Positions 1 to 8,872 of a stretch of 64,000 nucleotides of DNA are shown piece after piece. The notes below the pieces were generated by a model. It saw nothing but the letters and a program-made list of their open reading frames with translations, did not search any database and was not told the DNA's origin. The position numbers were made by a program, and so were the translations under genes. Every line of letters begins with the position of its first letter. The stretch's first letter is position 1. This DNA comes from a virus (taxonomy: Duplodnaviria; Caudoviricetes). Location: positions 9,188-73,187 of IMG/VR virus record IMGVR_UViG_3300011427_000001. The stretch is one strand, 5' to 3'.

Positions 1-138
1 TTGACCGTGGTAGCCGCAGGGTCGGTCCTTGTCTTCAGGAACAAGGCGGGTTCCAAGGCAGTTCCCCGTGTGCACGTTCATCACCTCTTCAAAGAAGCCG
101 ACGTGCTCAAAGACCTGTCGTTCGTGGGTTGCGTTCAT
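1..138 (-). CDS. hypothetical protein, 3' end truncated by window edge
   Basis: ATG at 138 overlaps the stop of the upstream gene (ATGA); frame open to position 1 (MNATHERQVFEH...). Confidence 0.55.
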   Translation of the reverse strand, partial: MNATHERQVFEHVGFFEEVMNVHTGNCLGTRLVPEDKDRPCGYHGQ

Positions 139-446
139 TTGAGTCGAGATAGAAATTCAATTGCCGCCGCCGCGTCGTCCGCTGGTGTGATGGCACTACA
201 CTTGACGTGCATGCTGCAGCGCAGTTCCCGGTCATACACCAACACCTCCTGCCAGTTCCCATCATCGCGACGGTCCACAATGATGACCGGATGGTCGGCC
301 ACGCGCAGGTTGAAGAAGCCAGTGGGGCACGTCGCCACAAACGGTTTCTTGGCCATCACCTTCTCGAACTGCCCCTGCGTCATCTGCAGCGGACCTTTCG
401 GTACGAGCGGTTCCCGTTCGTCGTCGAAATCGTCTGATTTGTTCAT
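135..446 (-). CDS. hypothetical early protein
   Basis: Start reassigned to MNKSDD at 446 (ATGA overlap with the upstream small ORF). Confidence 0.6.
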   Translation of the reverse strand: MNKSDDFDDEREPLVPKGPLQMTQGQFEKVMAKKPFVATCPTGFFNLRVADHPVIIVDRRDDGNWQEVLVYDRELRCSMHVKCSAITPADDAAAAIEFLSRLK

Positions 447-604
447 TTGAAATATGAGTAGAGTACCACAGCCAACAGCCCAAGCCAGGGCACCGTGACC
501 CAGAAAGCACCGTGCACGAGACCGCGTCGATACGCACGAAGCGTCTGTGCCTCGATGTGCGAGTGCTGTCGCAACCAAGCGCCCACCTGGGGAGTTGTCT
601 TCAT
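443..604 (-). CDS. small membrane protein, 53 aa (below the ORF-track cutoff)
   Basis: Hand translation MKTTPQVGAW...FWVTVPWLGLLAVVLYSYFK; ATGA overlaps at both ends; C-terminal hydrophobic helix. Confidence 0.65.
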   Translation of the reverse strand: MKTTPQVGAWLRQHSHIEAQTLRAYRRGLVHGAFWVTVPWLGLLAVVLYSYFK

Positions 605-879
605 TCGAATCCTGTGAGTTTGTCAGTCGTTGGGTCTATTACAATATCCTTCAGCCAACCTTCCACTTGCGAGTCCCAGCCGTACGGTGGCTTGGCTTGC
701 CCCCATTCGTAGCGCACCACATCGTGGTCCACTACCAAACGGTCGCTGCAAATGCCGCCTCCCGGTCCCACGCGGTCCCGTTCATAACGTCCACCCGAGA
801 TCCGTTTGTACCCGTGACGCTCGGCCCATGCCCAAAGCACCTTGAGCTTGAGCTTGAGCTTGTGTTCTTCGTCAGTCAT
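601..879 (-). CDS. hypothetical early protein
   Basis: Start reassigned to MTDEEHK; tight coupling to neighbours. Confidence 0.6.
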   Translation of the reverse strand: MTDEEHKLKLKLKVLWAWAERHGYKRISGGRYERDRVGPGGGICSDRLVVDHDVVRYEWGQAKPPYGWDSQVEGWLKDIVIDPTTDKLTGFE

Positions 880-1054
880 TGGGAAAGATTGGGACAATGA
901 AATTGTGGCCGCAGTCGCAAGTGAACCTGATGTCATGACCGCCGGCCTGTTGCGCAATGCAATAGACCGAAGCCGTGTGCGTGCGTTCGCACTTCTCACA
1001 GATAAAGTCGTATCGACCGACCTGCTTTGGCGGCTGTTTCTTCGGACGTCTCAT
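872..1054 (-). CDS. small zinc-ribbon protein
   Basis: CEKC...CDC cysteine pattern; overlapping start/stop with neighbours. Confidence 0.6.
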   Translation of the reverse strand: MRRPKKQPPKQVGRYDFICEKCERTHTASVYCIAQQAGGHDIRFTCDCGHNFIVPIFPND

Positions 1055-1242
1055 CGCAAGGCCTCCGTCGCATTGTGAACAGTGAGCGCCGCCAAACAGA
1101 GGGTGCGCTGAGCTTCGAGCAGCAGCAGAGCAGCCGAAAGACCGGGGCGGTGTTGCGTTGCATCGCGCACGACATCGGTCATCAGCAACGTCATGTCGTA
1201 TAATTCCTTTTCCATCTTAGCCAGTTTTTCGAGGGAGGTCAT
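1051..1242 (-). CDS. hypothetical helical protein
   Basis: ATGA-coupled ORF within the operon. Confidence 0.6.
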   Translation of the reverse strand: MTSLEKLAKMEKELYDMTLLMTDVVRDATQHRPGLSAALLLLEAQRTLCLAALTVHNATEALR

Positions 1243-1979
1243 TTGATGCGCGCTCCATTATTATCTCCACCTTCAATGCCCTTGTGCAAGCGAATGGTCC
1301 GGCCGTCCGTCGCACCCCGTACGAAAGCGTGAGCATTGCTGTTCTCCCGCCGGTTGCTGACCGTCTTCACCTTGGCCTCCTCGCAGTAGACCGCAATGGC
1401 CTTGTCCTTGTCGACCAGCACCAACGCAAAGGATTCCGCGTGCTGCACTTTCATCTCGGCCCGTTGCGCGTCGTCCCATGCGCGACAGAACCCAGCCTGC
1501 AACCCCGCTAGGTAGCTGTTCCACACGCTGGGGATGCGCGGCTGGCTGTAGTCCGCCGCGTACTTGTTCCACAAGCGCAGGAAGGTGTCGTTCAATACGT
1601 CCCACGCATAGGCCGCAAACGCACAGTCCTCCTTGGTGCCGACCAGCGAGTAGCGCACAACCAAACCGGGAACCCGGTAGCGCAGCACCGTAACGTGGAA
1701 ACAGTGCTTGATAACCAACCGCACGTACAAGTGAGTCGGTCGCTCCGTGCGCCACGCTTTGTTGATGCCGACCTCCTCCACTTTGTCAGCGCCATCGTCT
1801 TTGGTCTGGCCGAGCTGGTGCTGCTCAATGCCGTGCTTGGTCATCAGCTCCGCCGCTTTGGCGAAGTAGAGCTTGGCCTCGGCCTCGCTCGTTGCGGGAT
1901 TCCCGGCCTTGTTCAGCAGCGCCTCAACCTTGTTGAGAATGTCGCTGTTTGCGGCCGGAGCGGGTGTTTCGTTTTTCAT
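1239..1979 (-). CDS. DUF2786-domain protein
   Basis: N-terminal KVEALLNKA...SEAEAKLYFAKAAELMTKHGI matches the DUF2786 pattern. Confidence 0.75.
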   Translation of the reverse strand: MKNETPAPAANSDILNKVEALLNKAGNPATSEAEAKLYFAKAAELMTKHGIEQHQLGQTKDDGADKVEEVGINKAWRTERPTHLYVRLVIKHCFHVTVLRYRVPGLVVRYSLVGTKEDCAFAAYAWDVLNDTFLRLWNKYAADYSQPRIPSVWNSYLAGLQAGFCRAWDDAQRAEMKVQHAESFALVLVDKDKAIAVYCEEAKVKTVSNRRENSNAHAFVRGATDGRTIRLHKGIEGGDNNGARIK

Positions 1980-1985
1980 GGTAGG

Positions 1986-2174
1986 TTAGTAGCCCAGCAC
2001 CTGCCGAAGGTTCGGCAAGCGGGAGTTGAAGTTGGCAGCATTAACGGCGCTGCGCATATTGCAGCGCACAATGGCATTTCGACTGGCTTTGGGCCAGGTG
2101 CGATAGCACTGCGCAGCAACGGTCACCACGCGGGGCACCGATATTTCGGTGCTGGGATTCTGATTGGTTTTCAT
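1986..2174 (-). CDS. hypothetical protein
   Basis: Fills the operon gap, with short intergenic spacers. Confidence 0.55.
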   Translation of the reverse strand: MKTNQNPSTEISVPRVVTVAAQCYRTWPKASRNAIVRCNMRSAVNAANFNSRLPNLRQVLGY

Positions 2175-2180
2175 GGTCGG

Positions 2181-2405
2181 TTAAGATTTGTTGCGTGCGT
2201 GACACGCTTTTTCAAGCAGCGCATTGATGTTCGCTTGCTCCGCTGGGGCAAAACCATTGTTGAGAACAACAACACTGCCCGGGAACTTTTTCTTAGCAGC
2301 TGACACAGCTTCGGTCGCTTTGATAAAGTTACTGCCACAGTTTTTTGAGCCCTTAAAAATGGCCCAAGTCCCGGTCCCTTTGAGAAACTTGACTGTTACT
2401 TTCAT
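2181..2405 (-). CDS. small basic protein, first gene of early operon 2
   Basis: ATG at 2405 follows the conserved leader motif CCAACGTGTGAGC; K-rich. Confidence 0.65.
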   Translation of the reverse strand: MKVTVKFLKGTGTWAIFKGSKNCGSNFIKATEAVSAAKKKFPGSVVVLNNGFAPAEQANINALLEKACHARNKS

Positions 2406-2479
2406 GCTCACACGTTGGAAGAGTTTGATGTGCGCTACAAGGGCAAAGGTTGCCTTTTCAACCTATGTTCCATAAGCCC

Positions 2480-2508
2480 AACGTATCCAACGACTTACGG
2501 ACTGTCAA
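2480..2508 (-). promoter_or_regulatory. sigma70-type early promoter, copy 1 (TTGACA-17 nt-TACGTT)
   Basis: Consensus -35 at 2503-2508, 17-nt spacer, -10 at 2480-2485; near-identical copy at 29788-29816. Confidence 0.8.
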
Positions 2509-2517
2509 AGTTTGGTG

Positions 2518-3111
2518 CTAACTGCACTCTTTCAACGCTGCGAACACGTGTTCGCGACGTACCGCACCAAAAAAGTCGTCCAGCAACAGTGCAGCAAACG
2601 TCACCTGCTCGACGCGGCCTCCACCCAAACGCACTGCAGCACGCAACAAACAGCGTGGCGCCCCCAGCTCCTTCAACGGGGCACCCGCCTCCACCAGTGC
2701 AGCATACACCCGCCGCGGGAAGTACACCAGCGCCCGCTTCTTGTCCCTGCGATGAATGAGAAGCCAACCGTAAGACCCCGCCTGGTCAGCTGACGTGATT
2801 GCTTGCGATAAGAACTGTTCGAAGCCTTTCAACTTCTCATGACCGGATCGGTCAAGCAGATCGGCAATGGTGCAACGGTTGTACCCGCGCTTCAACTCCA
2901 GCGTCACAAATTCAAGCAACGCATGTCCGTCCGGATCGTCCGCCCGGATATCGCCGTAGTTGCCGAAGGTCCCTTTTCCCTTCTTGGTGCGCACGGTAGC
3001 ACGCCCACCACTGTTTGCACTGCGCCAGAACATATCATCACGCTGCCCGTCGCTCCACCACTGCGACAACGCATGGCATATCTCCCGTTCAAATGTGCCG
3101 CCCTTAGCCAT
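2518..3111 (-). CDS. Holliday junction resolvase, PD-(D/E)XK Hjc-like
   Basis: KGGTFEREI...GDI...LELKRG nuclease motifs. Confidence 0.75.
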   Translation of the reverse strand: MAKGGTFEREICHALSQWWSDGQRDDMFWRSANSGGRATVRTKKGKGTFGNYGDIRADDPDGHALLEFVTLELKRGYNRCTIADLLDRSGHEKLKGFEQFLSQAITSADQAGSYGWLLIHRRDKKRALVYFPRRVYAALVEAGAPLKELGAPRCLLRAAVRLGGGRVEQVTFAALLLDDFFGAVRREHVFAALKECS

Positions 3112-3469
3112 GTGCGAGTTGTTTCATGTGTTGCTTCACCTTCTCTGGACTACGAGCAAGCAAACGACTGGCACGTTCAAGTGAGCAACCTGCTTCCTTC
3201 AACCGCACCAGTATCTTGTCATGCCGTGGAATCCAAATGTGTCGGTCCATGCAAGGCGCGTCGACCTGCTCAATGGTGCATTTGTGCACACCCGAGAATA
3301 TTGAATCAACTCTACTGATTACCTCGAAGCGTCGCACCTCCAACACCTGCGCAATTCGATCTATGTCCATGCCAACCATGAACACCCACCACATCCAATC
3401 AAGGTCGCATTGTCGCCGCCACTGGTCAGAAGAAGCCTCGAGGGCTAGCAGGCTTTCGGTGTCCATCAT
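3104..3469 (-). CDS. HTH/Myb-like DNA-binding protein
   Basis: Two HTH-like segments, including WIPRHDKIL...ASRLLARSPEKV. Confidence 0.5.
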   Translation of the reverse strand: MMDTESLLALEASSDQWRRQCDLDWMWWVFMVGMDIDRIAQVLEVRRFEVISRVDSIFSGVHKCTIEQVDAPCMDRHIWIPRHDKILVRLKEAGCSLERASRLLARSPEKVKQHMKQLAHG

Positions 3470-4304
3470 TTATTTTCCTCCAAGGCATGCGTTCACGAAT
3501 CGACTTCATCCCCAACGCGTCAGTCACGCGCTTCCACCCATCATCGTCAAGCTCATCAGGAGACCAGTGCATAGGTGCGACACCCGCAAATGGCAGCTCC
3601 ACGAGACGTCGGTTGCGCTTCACAATGTCCCAGCCGTTCTGAATGGCTTGATACTTCTTGGACATCGCTGGCAGCTCGCCCCGCACGTACTTCAACGCCG
3701 TTGTCGTGCCTACCCCGCGGATGCCCGGCACCTCATCAGTCTTGCAACCCGCAATCGCAATCACCTTGGCCCAGAGCCGAGGTTGAATACCATAGTCCTT
3801 CACAAAACCCTGCAGCGAACGAATCTTGCCCTTGTTCGGATTGTAGATTGTGACCGACCCTGAAAGCAACTGGTAGAGGTCTTTGTCCGAGGACACGACC
3901 ACGGCCTCGTCGTCCGGCCCCAAGGCTTTGACCAGTGCTGCAATGAGGTCGTCACTCTCGTACCCCGCCTGATGGAACACGTTGCGAAAGCCCATGTCGA
4001 ACAGGTACTGCTCCCGCAAGCTGTCAATCTGTCGATGCAGCTCGGCCCGGGCCTTGGTCTCCTCTTCAGTATGCTCCTCAGTATGCCGTCGCTTCTTGTA
4101 CTCGGGAAACAGAGCCTTGCGCTTGCTCTCGGTTGAATCAAAACAGAACGCCACTGCACCCGCGTCGTGGTCCGACTGCAGCATAGACAGGTCTTTCAGC
4201 ATGCCGTAGATGACACCAGTGGGAATATCTTCATGCGTCAAATGCCCCATGCTATGGAACGCACGCCACGCCAGGAAGTGCATGTCTAAAATCAAGTGCT
4301 TCAT
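3426..4304 (-). CDS. 5'-3' exonuclease / flap endonuclease (PolI N-terminal family)
   Basis: LILDM, YESDDLIA, SSDKDLYQL and the H3TH motif KTDEVPGIRGVG. Confidence 0.92.
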   Translation of the reverse strand: MKHLILDMHFLAWRAFHSMGHLTHEDIPTGVIYGMLKDLSMLQSDHDAGAVAFCFDSTESKRKALFPEYKKRRHTEEHTEEETKARAELHRQIDSLREQYLFDMGFRNVFHQAGYESDDLIAALVKALGPDDEAVVVSSDKDLYQLLSGSVTIYNPNKGKIRSLQGFVKDYGIQPRLWAKVIAIAGCKTDEVPGIRGVGTTTALKYVRGELPAMSKKYQAIQNGWDIVKRNRRLVELPFAGVAPMHWSPDELDDDGWKRVTDALGMKSIRERMPWRKINDGHRKPASPRGFF

Positions 4305-4690
4305 CCGGAGAAGCCAAACCCAGCACCTCGAGGCGGCTGAATTGGTGCCCGCGCTTTGACCTCTTCAGCCGTACGCTTGAAACAATGGGCCAACCATTCG
4401 TAGTCCTGATGCCACTTCAGAGCTTTGTCCAAGCAATCGAGCTCGTACTGCGTCCAACGTCTACCGGACCGCTCAGTTGAAATCACAATGGAGGTATCTT
4501 CACCTCGATACTTACCAAGCACTTTCCAAATCTTGGTGTAGACCGCATGGTAGCTTCGGCCTGTCTCCTCGCAGTGCTGTCGCAGCGATTTCTGACCATC
4601 GAACACCCTGCACATCATTTCATGTGCTTCATGCGTAGTAAACAGCACACCTGCCCGCTTGTGGGTCTTGTCTTTGACACCTTTAGGCAT
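4301..4690 (-). CDS. HTH/Myb-like DNA-binding protein
   Basis: WTQYELDCL...LAHCFKRTAEEVK; C-terminal RGAGFGF tail. Confidence 0.55.
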   Translation of the reverse strand: MPKGVKDKTHKRAGVLFTTHEAHEMMCRVFDGQKSLRQHCEETGRSYHAVYTKIWKVLGKYRGEDTSIVISTERSGRRWTQYELDCLDKALKWHQDYEWLAHCFKRTAEEVKARAPIQPPRGAGFGFSG

Positions 4691-4871
4691 TTCGAGGTTT
4701 CTTGCGGTTCACTCGCAGCACCTGCGAAACATGAATCTCATTGCGACGCCCCAATTCGTAGATGAGGACATGCTCTTTGGTCGCACGGGTACTGGTGATA
4801 AGACCCACCCGCGGCATGTCCTTGTCGTCCATGTAAACCACAAGGTCATTGCGCTTGAAGACTGAGCTCAT
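4683..4871 (-). CDS. small hypothetical protein
   Basis: Start MSSVFK at 4871 overlaps the RecA stop (ATGA). Confidence 0.6.
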   Translation of the reverse strand: MSSVFKRNDLVVYMDDKDMPRVGLITSTRATKEHVLIYELGRRNEIHVSQVLRVNRKKPRNA

Positions 4872-5986
4872 GCGTATCGAGGTTTGCGATCCAGTTCGCA
4901 CGCTGCCTCAATCTCGGTCCACACGCCGTGCATCGCCGCCTTGAGGTCTTCCTGCAGATTGTTCTCTTCAACGTGCTTGATGATTTGGTTGCGCGTGCCC
5001 TCGAAGTCCAGCTCCCGGGCATCGTAGCTGCTTGACTCCTCCTCGCTCTTCTTCTTCTTGACCGGCTTCCACGCCTTGTGGTCAATCATGAAGTCAACAT
5101 TGGCTCCCACGTCGTCAATCCCAAAGCTGTGATAGATGGGAATTTCGACCGTGCGGTCCTTGCCTGTGATGCGATTCTTCTTCACTCGGGCCTCGACAAT
5201 GACACCCACAATCTTGGTCTCACCTTTCACCGTGCGCTTCAACCGTTCCTTGACCGACGTCCAGATTTCAAGCGTGGCATAGAAGCGCAGCGACTTGCCC
5301 CCGCTACGAGTCTTCTTGTCCATCCCCATGCCCAGGTTGTCACGGGTCTGACCGATGATGATGAGAATGCTGCCCGTGTCGCGAAGGCCAATGAGCACGC
5401 GGCGGATGTTCTCGGAATGGGCCTTTGCTTTGCCATCCCCGTAACTCCCAGCCGTGTCCTTACCCTTCTCGTAGGCTTCCTTGCGCTCCGCAAACTTCTC
5501 GTCGGACGCGTCACTGGTAAGTGAATCCTGACTGTCCAGCACATAGATGAACGGACGGGCCAACCGCTTGGCGCGCTTGATGGCATTGTCCACGTGGAAG
5601 TAGAAACTCTCCACCGTGGAACTGTACACCGGCTCCCCTTTCTCGTCATAGCTGGGAGCCCGGATACGTGCCGCCATCTTCGAACCAAAGTAACGCTCCA
5701 AGTCCATCAACGCACCGTCTTCCACGTTGTCGTGATAGAACTCGTAGTCCTCGAAATCTGGATTGATGCTGGCCTCTGCCGCACACGTCAGCGAGAGCCA
5801 CGTCTTGCCGCTTGTGCTGTCCCCCACGATGAAGACGTACTTGCCCTTGATGAGACCGCCTTCGGCCCTACCGCTGCAGGCAAGGTCCAGCGCAGTGCTT
5901 CCCGTGGACAAGCAGTCGGAAGCTTTGATACCGGGTTGTACCGTCTTTCGCTTCAACTGCTTCTTGATGTCTTCAGTCTCGCTCAT
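4868..5986 (-). CDS. recA: RecA/UvsX-like recombinase
   Basis: STGSTALDLA, Walker A GDSTSGKT, VLDS, GGKSLRFYA, KNR motifs. Confidence 0.93.
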   Translation of the reverse strand: MSETEDIKKQLKRKTVQPGIKASDCLSTGSTALDLACSGRAEGGLIKGKYVFIVGDSTSGKTWLSLTCAAEASINPDFEDYEFYHDNVEDGALMDLERYFGSKMAARIRAPSYDEKGEPVYSSTVESFYFHVDNAIKRAKRLARPFIYVLDSQDSLTSDASDEKFAERKEAYEKGKDTAGSYGDGKAKAHSENIRRVLIGLRDTGSILIIIGQTRDNLGMGMDKKTRSGGKSLRFYATLEIWTSVKERLKRTVKGETKIVGVIVEARVKKNRITGKDRTVEIPIYHSFGIDDVGANVDFMIDHKAWKPVKKKKSEEESSSYDARELDFEGTRNQIIKHVEENNLQEDLKAAMHGVWTEIEAACELDRKPRYA

Positions 5987-5995
5987 AAAAATGTA

Positions 5996-6028
5996 AGTGG
6001 GCGGGAGCGGGGTAGTCCCCCGCCCACT
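5996..6028 (-). terminator. GC-rich hairpin between SSB and recA (terminator or stabilising stem)
   Basis: 10-bp stem AGTGGGCGGG/CCCGCCCACT followed by TACATTTTT on the minus strand. Confidence 0.5.
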
Positions 6029-6056
6029 GCAGGTTTGGTGTTACTTTAGTCGCAGC

Positions 6057-7283
6057 TCAGTCCCAATCATCCTTCGCCTTCCCAGCCGGCTCGCGTTCCT
6101 CGCGGCCACCCCCACGACGGTCATCGTCGCGGGAACCCCGGCGCTCTTCCCGAGCCGCAGGCTCACGCTCGCGGGTGCCCCGTTCAGCGGCCGGAGCACG
6201 CTCTTCCCGCGACCCACGCCGGCGGTCGTCATCCTTCGGCTTGTCGTCTTTGTTGCTGGGTGGAGGGTCACGGTCAGCATCAAACTCCTCCTTCGGCTTC
6301 TCGTCACGGGACCCACGCCGGTCATCATCACGTTGCGACCCGCGACGGTCTTCGCTCTCACGAGAACCACCCCGGGGACTGTCATCCCGTGACCGGGAAT
6401 CCGTTCTCGAGGCCGGCTCGCGTTCCTCGCGGCCACCCCCACGACGGTCATCGTCGCGAGCCGGTGCCCGATCATCATCACGGGAACTACGACGGTCGTC
6501 GTCACGACCACCCCGGTCACGGTCCGGAGCACGCTCTTCCCGGTCACGTGCAGGCGGACGGTCGTCGTCACGCTTGCGACTGGCAGGCTCCTGGAAGAAG
6601 AGCTCCTTCAGCTTGTCGTAGCTCTCGGTGATGAGCATGGCGTCGAGGTCAAAACCCTCGTCCATGATTTTGTCACCGTACGGCTCACGAGTCTTGAAGT
6701 CGATGGTCTCCGCTTCGTACCATGTGCGCTTGCCCTGCTTGACCTCCGTGAAGCCAACCTTGAGCGTGAAACCCTTGGCCAAGTGATAGAAGAGATGGTA
6801 GTTGTCCCCTTCGTCTTGGTCGCGAATGCGAGCGTCCAGCAGTTTGCCAAACAGGTGGTAACTGTAGTCCCACGGCTGGACCAGCTTGTCCCGAGTATCG
6901 AGATCGACAACCTGGAACAATTGGCGCTCCTTGGGGTACAGGGCCTTGATGAGCTTCTCGTCTGCGCCGTCGTCGCTCTTCAGCTTCTTCTGGAACTCGC
7001 ACACGGGGCACGGCAGACCGAACGTGCGGTTGGGACACACCATTGTGTCGTTGTTGGGACCGATGTCCCGATGCACGAAAATGGTGCGCTCGTAGTGCAG
7101 CTGACCGGCGTCAGCGTGCGGGTTACCCTTCAACGCCACAAAGGGAATGAAGTCCAGCCGGTACACCCCCTCCTTGTCGACCTTGAAGGGCTTCACTCCC
7201 TTCGGCATCTTGAGATACTTGCTGTCGAAGCTATCATGCTCGTCGGCCCGTTTGCGGGCGTCAGAGTAACTGTAATTACCCAT
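6057..7283 (-). CDS. single-stranded DNA-binding protein, T4 gp32-like, with long Arg/Asp-rich tail
   Basis: H...C...CPVC zinc-site pattern; lies between UvsY-like and recA; acidic/aromatic end DDWD. Confidence 0.75.
   Translation of the reverse strand: MGNYSYSDARKRADEHDSFDSKYLKMPKGVKPFKVDKEGVYRLDFIPFVALKGNPHADAGQLHYERTIFVHRDIGPNNDTMVCPNRTFGLPCPVCEFQKKLKSDDGADEKLIKALYPKERQLFQVVDLDTRDKLVQPWDYSYHLFGKLLDARIRDQDEGDNYHLFYHLAKGFTLKVGFTEVKQGKRTWYEAETIDFKTREPYGDKIMDEGFDLDAMLITESYDKLKELFFQEPASRKRDDDRPPARDREERAPDRDRGGRDDDRRSSRDDDRAPARDDDRRGGGREEREPASRTDSRSRDDSPRGGSRESEDRRGSQRDDDRRGSRDEKPKEEFDADRDPPPSNKDDKPKDDDRRRGSREERAPAAERGTREREPAAREERRGSRDDDRRGGGREEREPAGKAKDDWD
6085..6458. repeat. 47-bp perfect direct repeat (6085-6131 and 6412-6458) in the SSB tail
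   Basis: Both copies read gccggctcgcgttcctcgcggccacccccacgacggtcatcgtcgcg, encoding RDDDRRGGGREEREPA. Confidence 0.95.
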
Positions 7284-7288
7284 GGTGG

Positions 7289-7456
7289 TTATTTGTTTTT
7301 GGTTGACGACTCAAAGAGCTTCATCTGCTTGCGCTCCTGGTGCTCAGCCCAGACCCGCTTCCCGCTGGTCCAGCCAAACGATGCGGCCTTGGCGCAGAAG
7401 TAGATCAAAATGGGCAAAACCACACAAGACAAAGCAACTATGAAGAGGGGATGCAT
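7289..7456 (-). CDS. small membrane protein, 55 aa (not in the ORF track)
   Basis: Hand translation MHPLFIVALSCVVLPILIYFCAK...KQMKLFESSTKNK fills the gap almost exactly. Confidence 0.6.
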   Translation of the reverse strand: MHPLFIVALSCVVLPILIYFCAKAASFGWTSGKRVWAEHQERKQMKLFESSTKNK

Positions 7457-7457
7457 G

Positions 7458-7940
7458 CTAGGCAGTGGACCGGTCTTCCAGTCTGTGGCCCAAACGACGG
7501 ACCCGGTCCTTTGTTACATCCTCCACGGCCTCACGTCCTTCCCGAGTAATACGAGGGTCGGCAAAGTAGTTTTGACCGTGCAAGTTGACCAAGGCTTGAA
7601 TCATCGACTTGCGCTGCTCAATGGCAATGACCATCGCTGCTATGACATCCTGATGATGACGTGCATCAAACAGCTCACCTTGTGCCCGCTTCACGTCGGG
7701 GTGGTTGGTCACGGCCTCGGCCACCGACCCTTCCGTCACCTTCTCCAGATTGAACTTCGCTGGGTTGTTCCGAATCTCCCGCGCCGACTCAGCCTTCACG
7801 ACTTCGAAGTTGTTGCGCGCCTCCTCAGTCAAGAGCTTGGCATCGGCTAGCTTGGCCGACCATTTGAAGTAGAGCTGGGGCTGCTCGAGACAGGCCTTGT
7901 CCAGCTCCAGTTCGTCAATCTTGAGACAGTCTGAGTCCAT
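7458..7940 (-). CDS. UvsY-like recombination mediator
   Basis: Helical protein of about 160 aa (EQPQLYFKWSAKLA...IEQRKSMI) next to SSB and RecA; start reassigned to MDSDC. Confidence 0.6.
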   Translation of the reverse strand: MDSDCLKIDELELDKACLEQPQLYFKWSAKLADAKLLTEEARNNFEVVKAESAREIRNNPAKFNLEKVTEGSVAEAVTNHPDVKRAQGELFDARHHQDVIAAMVIAIEQRKSMIQALVNLHGQNYFADPRITREGREAVEDVTKDRVRRLGHRLEDRSTA

Positions 7941-7951
7941 GTGTGCCTGTA

Positions 7952-8872
7952 TTATCGGCGGTCTTTCAGCACGGCGTAGCACGCCAGCACAAGCCCCGCC
8001 CGACCTGAGTCATAGAAGTTTTGTTTGAACACGTCCATCAGGAAGAAGGCGCGTTCGTTGCTACTGTTGAGTAGAATGCTGCTCGCGTATCCCAGCACCA
8101 AGCGGCGGATGGCCTCCGGCTCCTCATCGCAGGTCTTGATCAGCGCCGCCACTTCCGACCACGGCGTCTTGGGATTCATCAGCAGCCGTGCAATCTGAAT
8201 TGCCGCGGCCCGATGGTCGTTGTCCTCAATGGACTTCATCTGCTCCGCTGGGTCCTTGATTGACAGGATAGCGTTGAGCAGCACCAGCGCCTTGCGCGCA
8301 CTGGACTCCGAGTGCTCGACAATCTTGGTACATACTTCCTTCGAAAGGTCAAAGCGCACGAGGTCCGCAATGTCTTCCACCACGGCCTGCAGCGCCGCTG
8401 GCTTCATCGCCTTCAACCGAATCTCCGTGCAACGGGTGTTGATAGTGGGCAGCACTTTGACCGGGTCGGTCGTTGCCAGCATGAAGTAAACGTGCTTCGG
8501 GGTATCTTCCAGCATCTTGAGCAGCATGTTCTGCGCATCCTTGGTCAGCTGGTGACACTCGTCGATGAGATAGATGCGCACCTTGCCGCCTATTGGATGC
8601 AGATGCATGCGCTGCGCAATCTCGCGCACCGTGTCGATGCCCCGGAAGTTGGCTGCATTCTTCTCATCAAAGTCCTGGTCGCTGCACTCCAGCTCCTTCT
8701 GCAGGATGCGAGCCAACGTGGTCTTACCCACCCCGCTGGGACCCGTAAAGAGCATCGCATGCGGCATGGAGCCTTCATTCAAAAAGCCCTGCAGGATTTT
8801 GACCGCCTCATCCTGTCCGATGACATGCTTGAATGAAGTGGGTCGGTATTCTTTGTATAGTTCGTCGCTCAT
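7952..8872 (-). CDS. AAA+ clamp-loader subunit, DnaX gamma-like
   Basis: LYKEYRPTSF..VIGQ, GPSGVGKTT, IDECHQL, LLKMLE, TRC arginine finger; no zinc module or tau C-terminal domains. Confidence 0.9.
   Translation of the reverse strand: MSDELYKEYRPTSFKHVIGQDEAVKILQGFLNEGSMPHAMLFTGPSGVGKTTLARILQKELECSDQDFDEKNAANFRGIDTVREIAQRMHLHPIGGKVRIYLIDECHQLTKDAQNMLLKMLEDTPKHVYFMLATTDPVKVLPTINTRCTEIRLKAMKPAALQAVVEDIADLVRFDLSKEVCTKIVEHSESSARKALVLLNAILSIKDPAEQMKSIEDNDHRAAAIQIARLLMNPKTPWSEVAALIKTCDEEPEAIRRLVLGYASSILLNSSNERAFFLMDVFKQNFYDSGRAGLVLACYAVLKDRR

Noticed and set aside
841-861. (CTTGAG)n hexamer run encoding KLKLKLK
   Set aside because: A short in-frame microsatellite; it cannot shift frame, and no function is supported.
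2540-2555. Perfect 16-bp palindrome GCGAACACGTGTTCGC about 30 bp upstream of early promoter 1
   Set aside because: It lies in resolvase coding sequence and has no counterpart at the second promoter copy, so it may be chance.
6085-6560. CRISPR-like or non-coding repeat array
   Set aside because: The repeats are in-frame coding duplications in the SSB tail, with no regular spacers and no cas genes.
7310-7330. QMKLF in the small membrane protein as a host beta-clamp motif
   Set aside because: A single loose match in a membrane peptide, with no supporting context.
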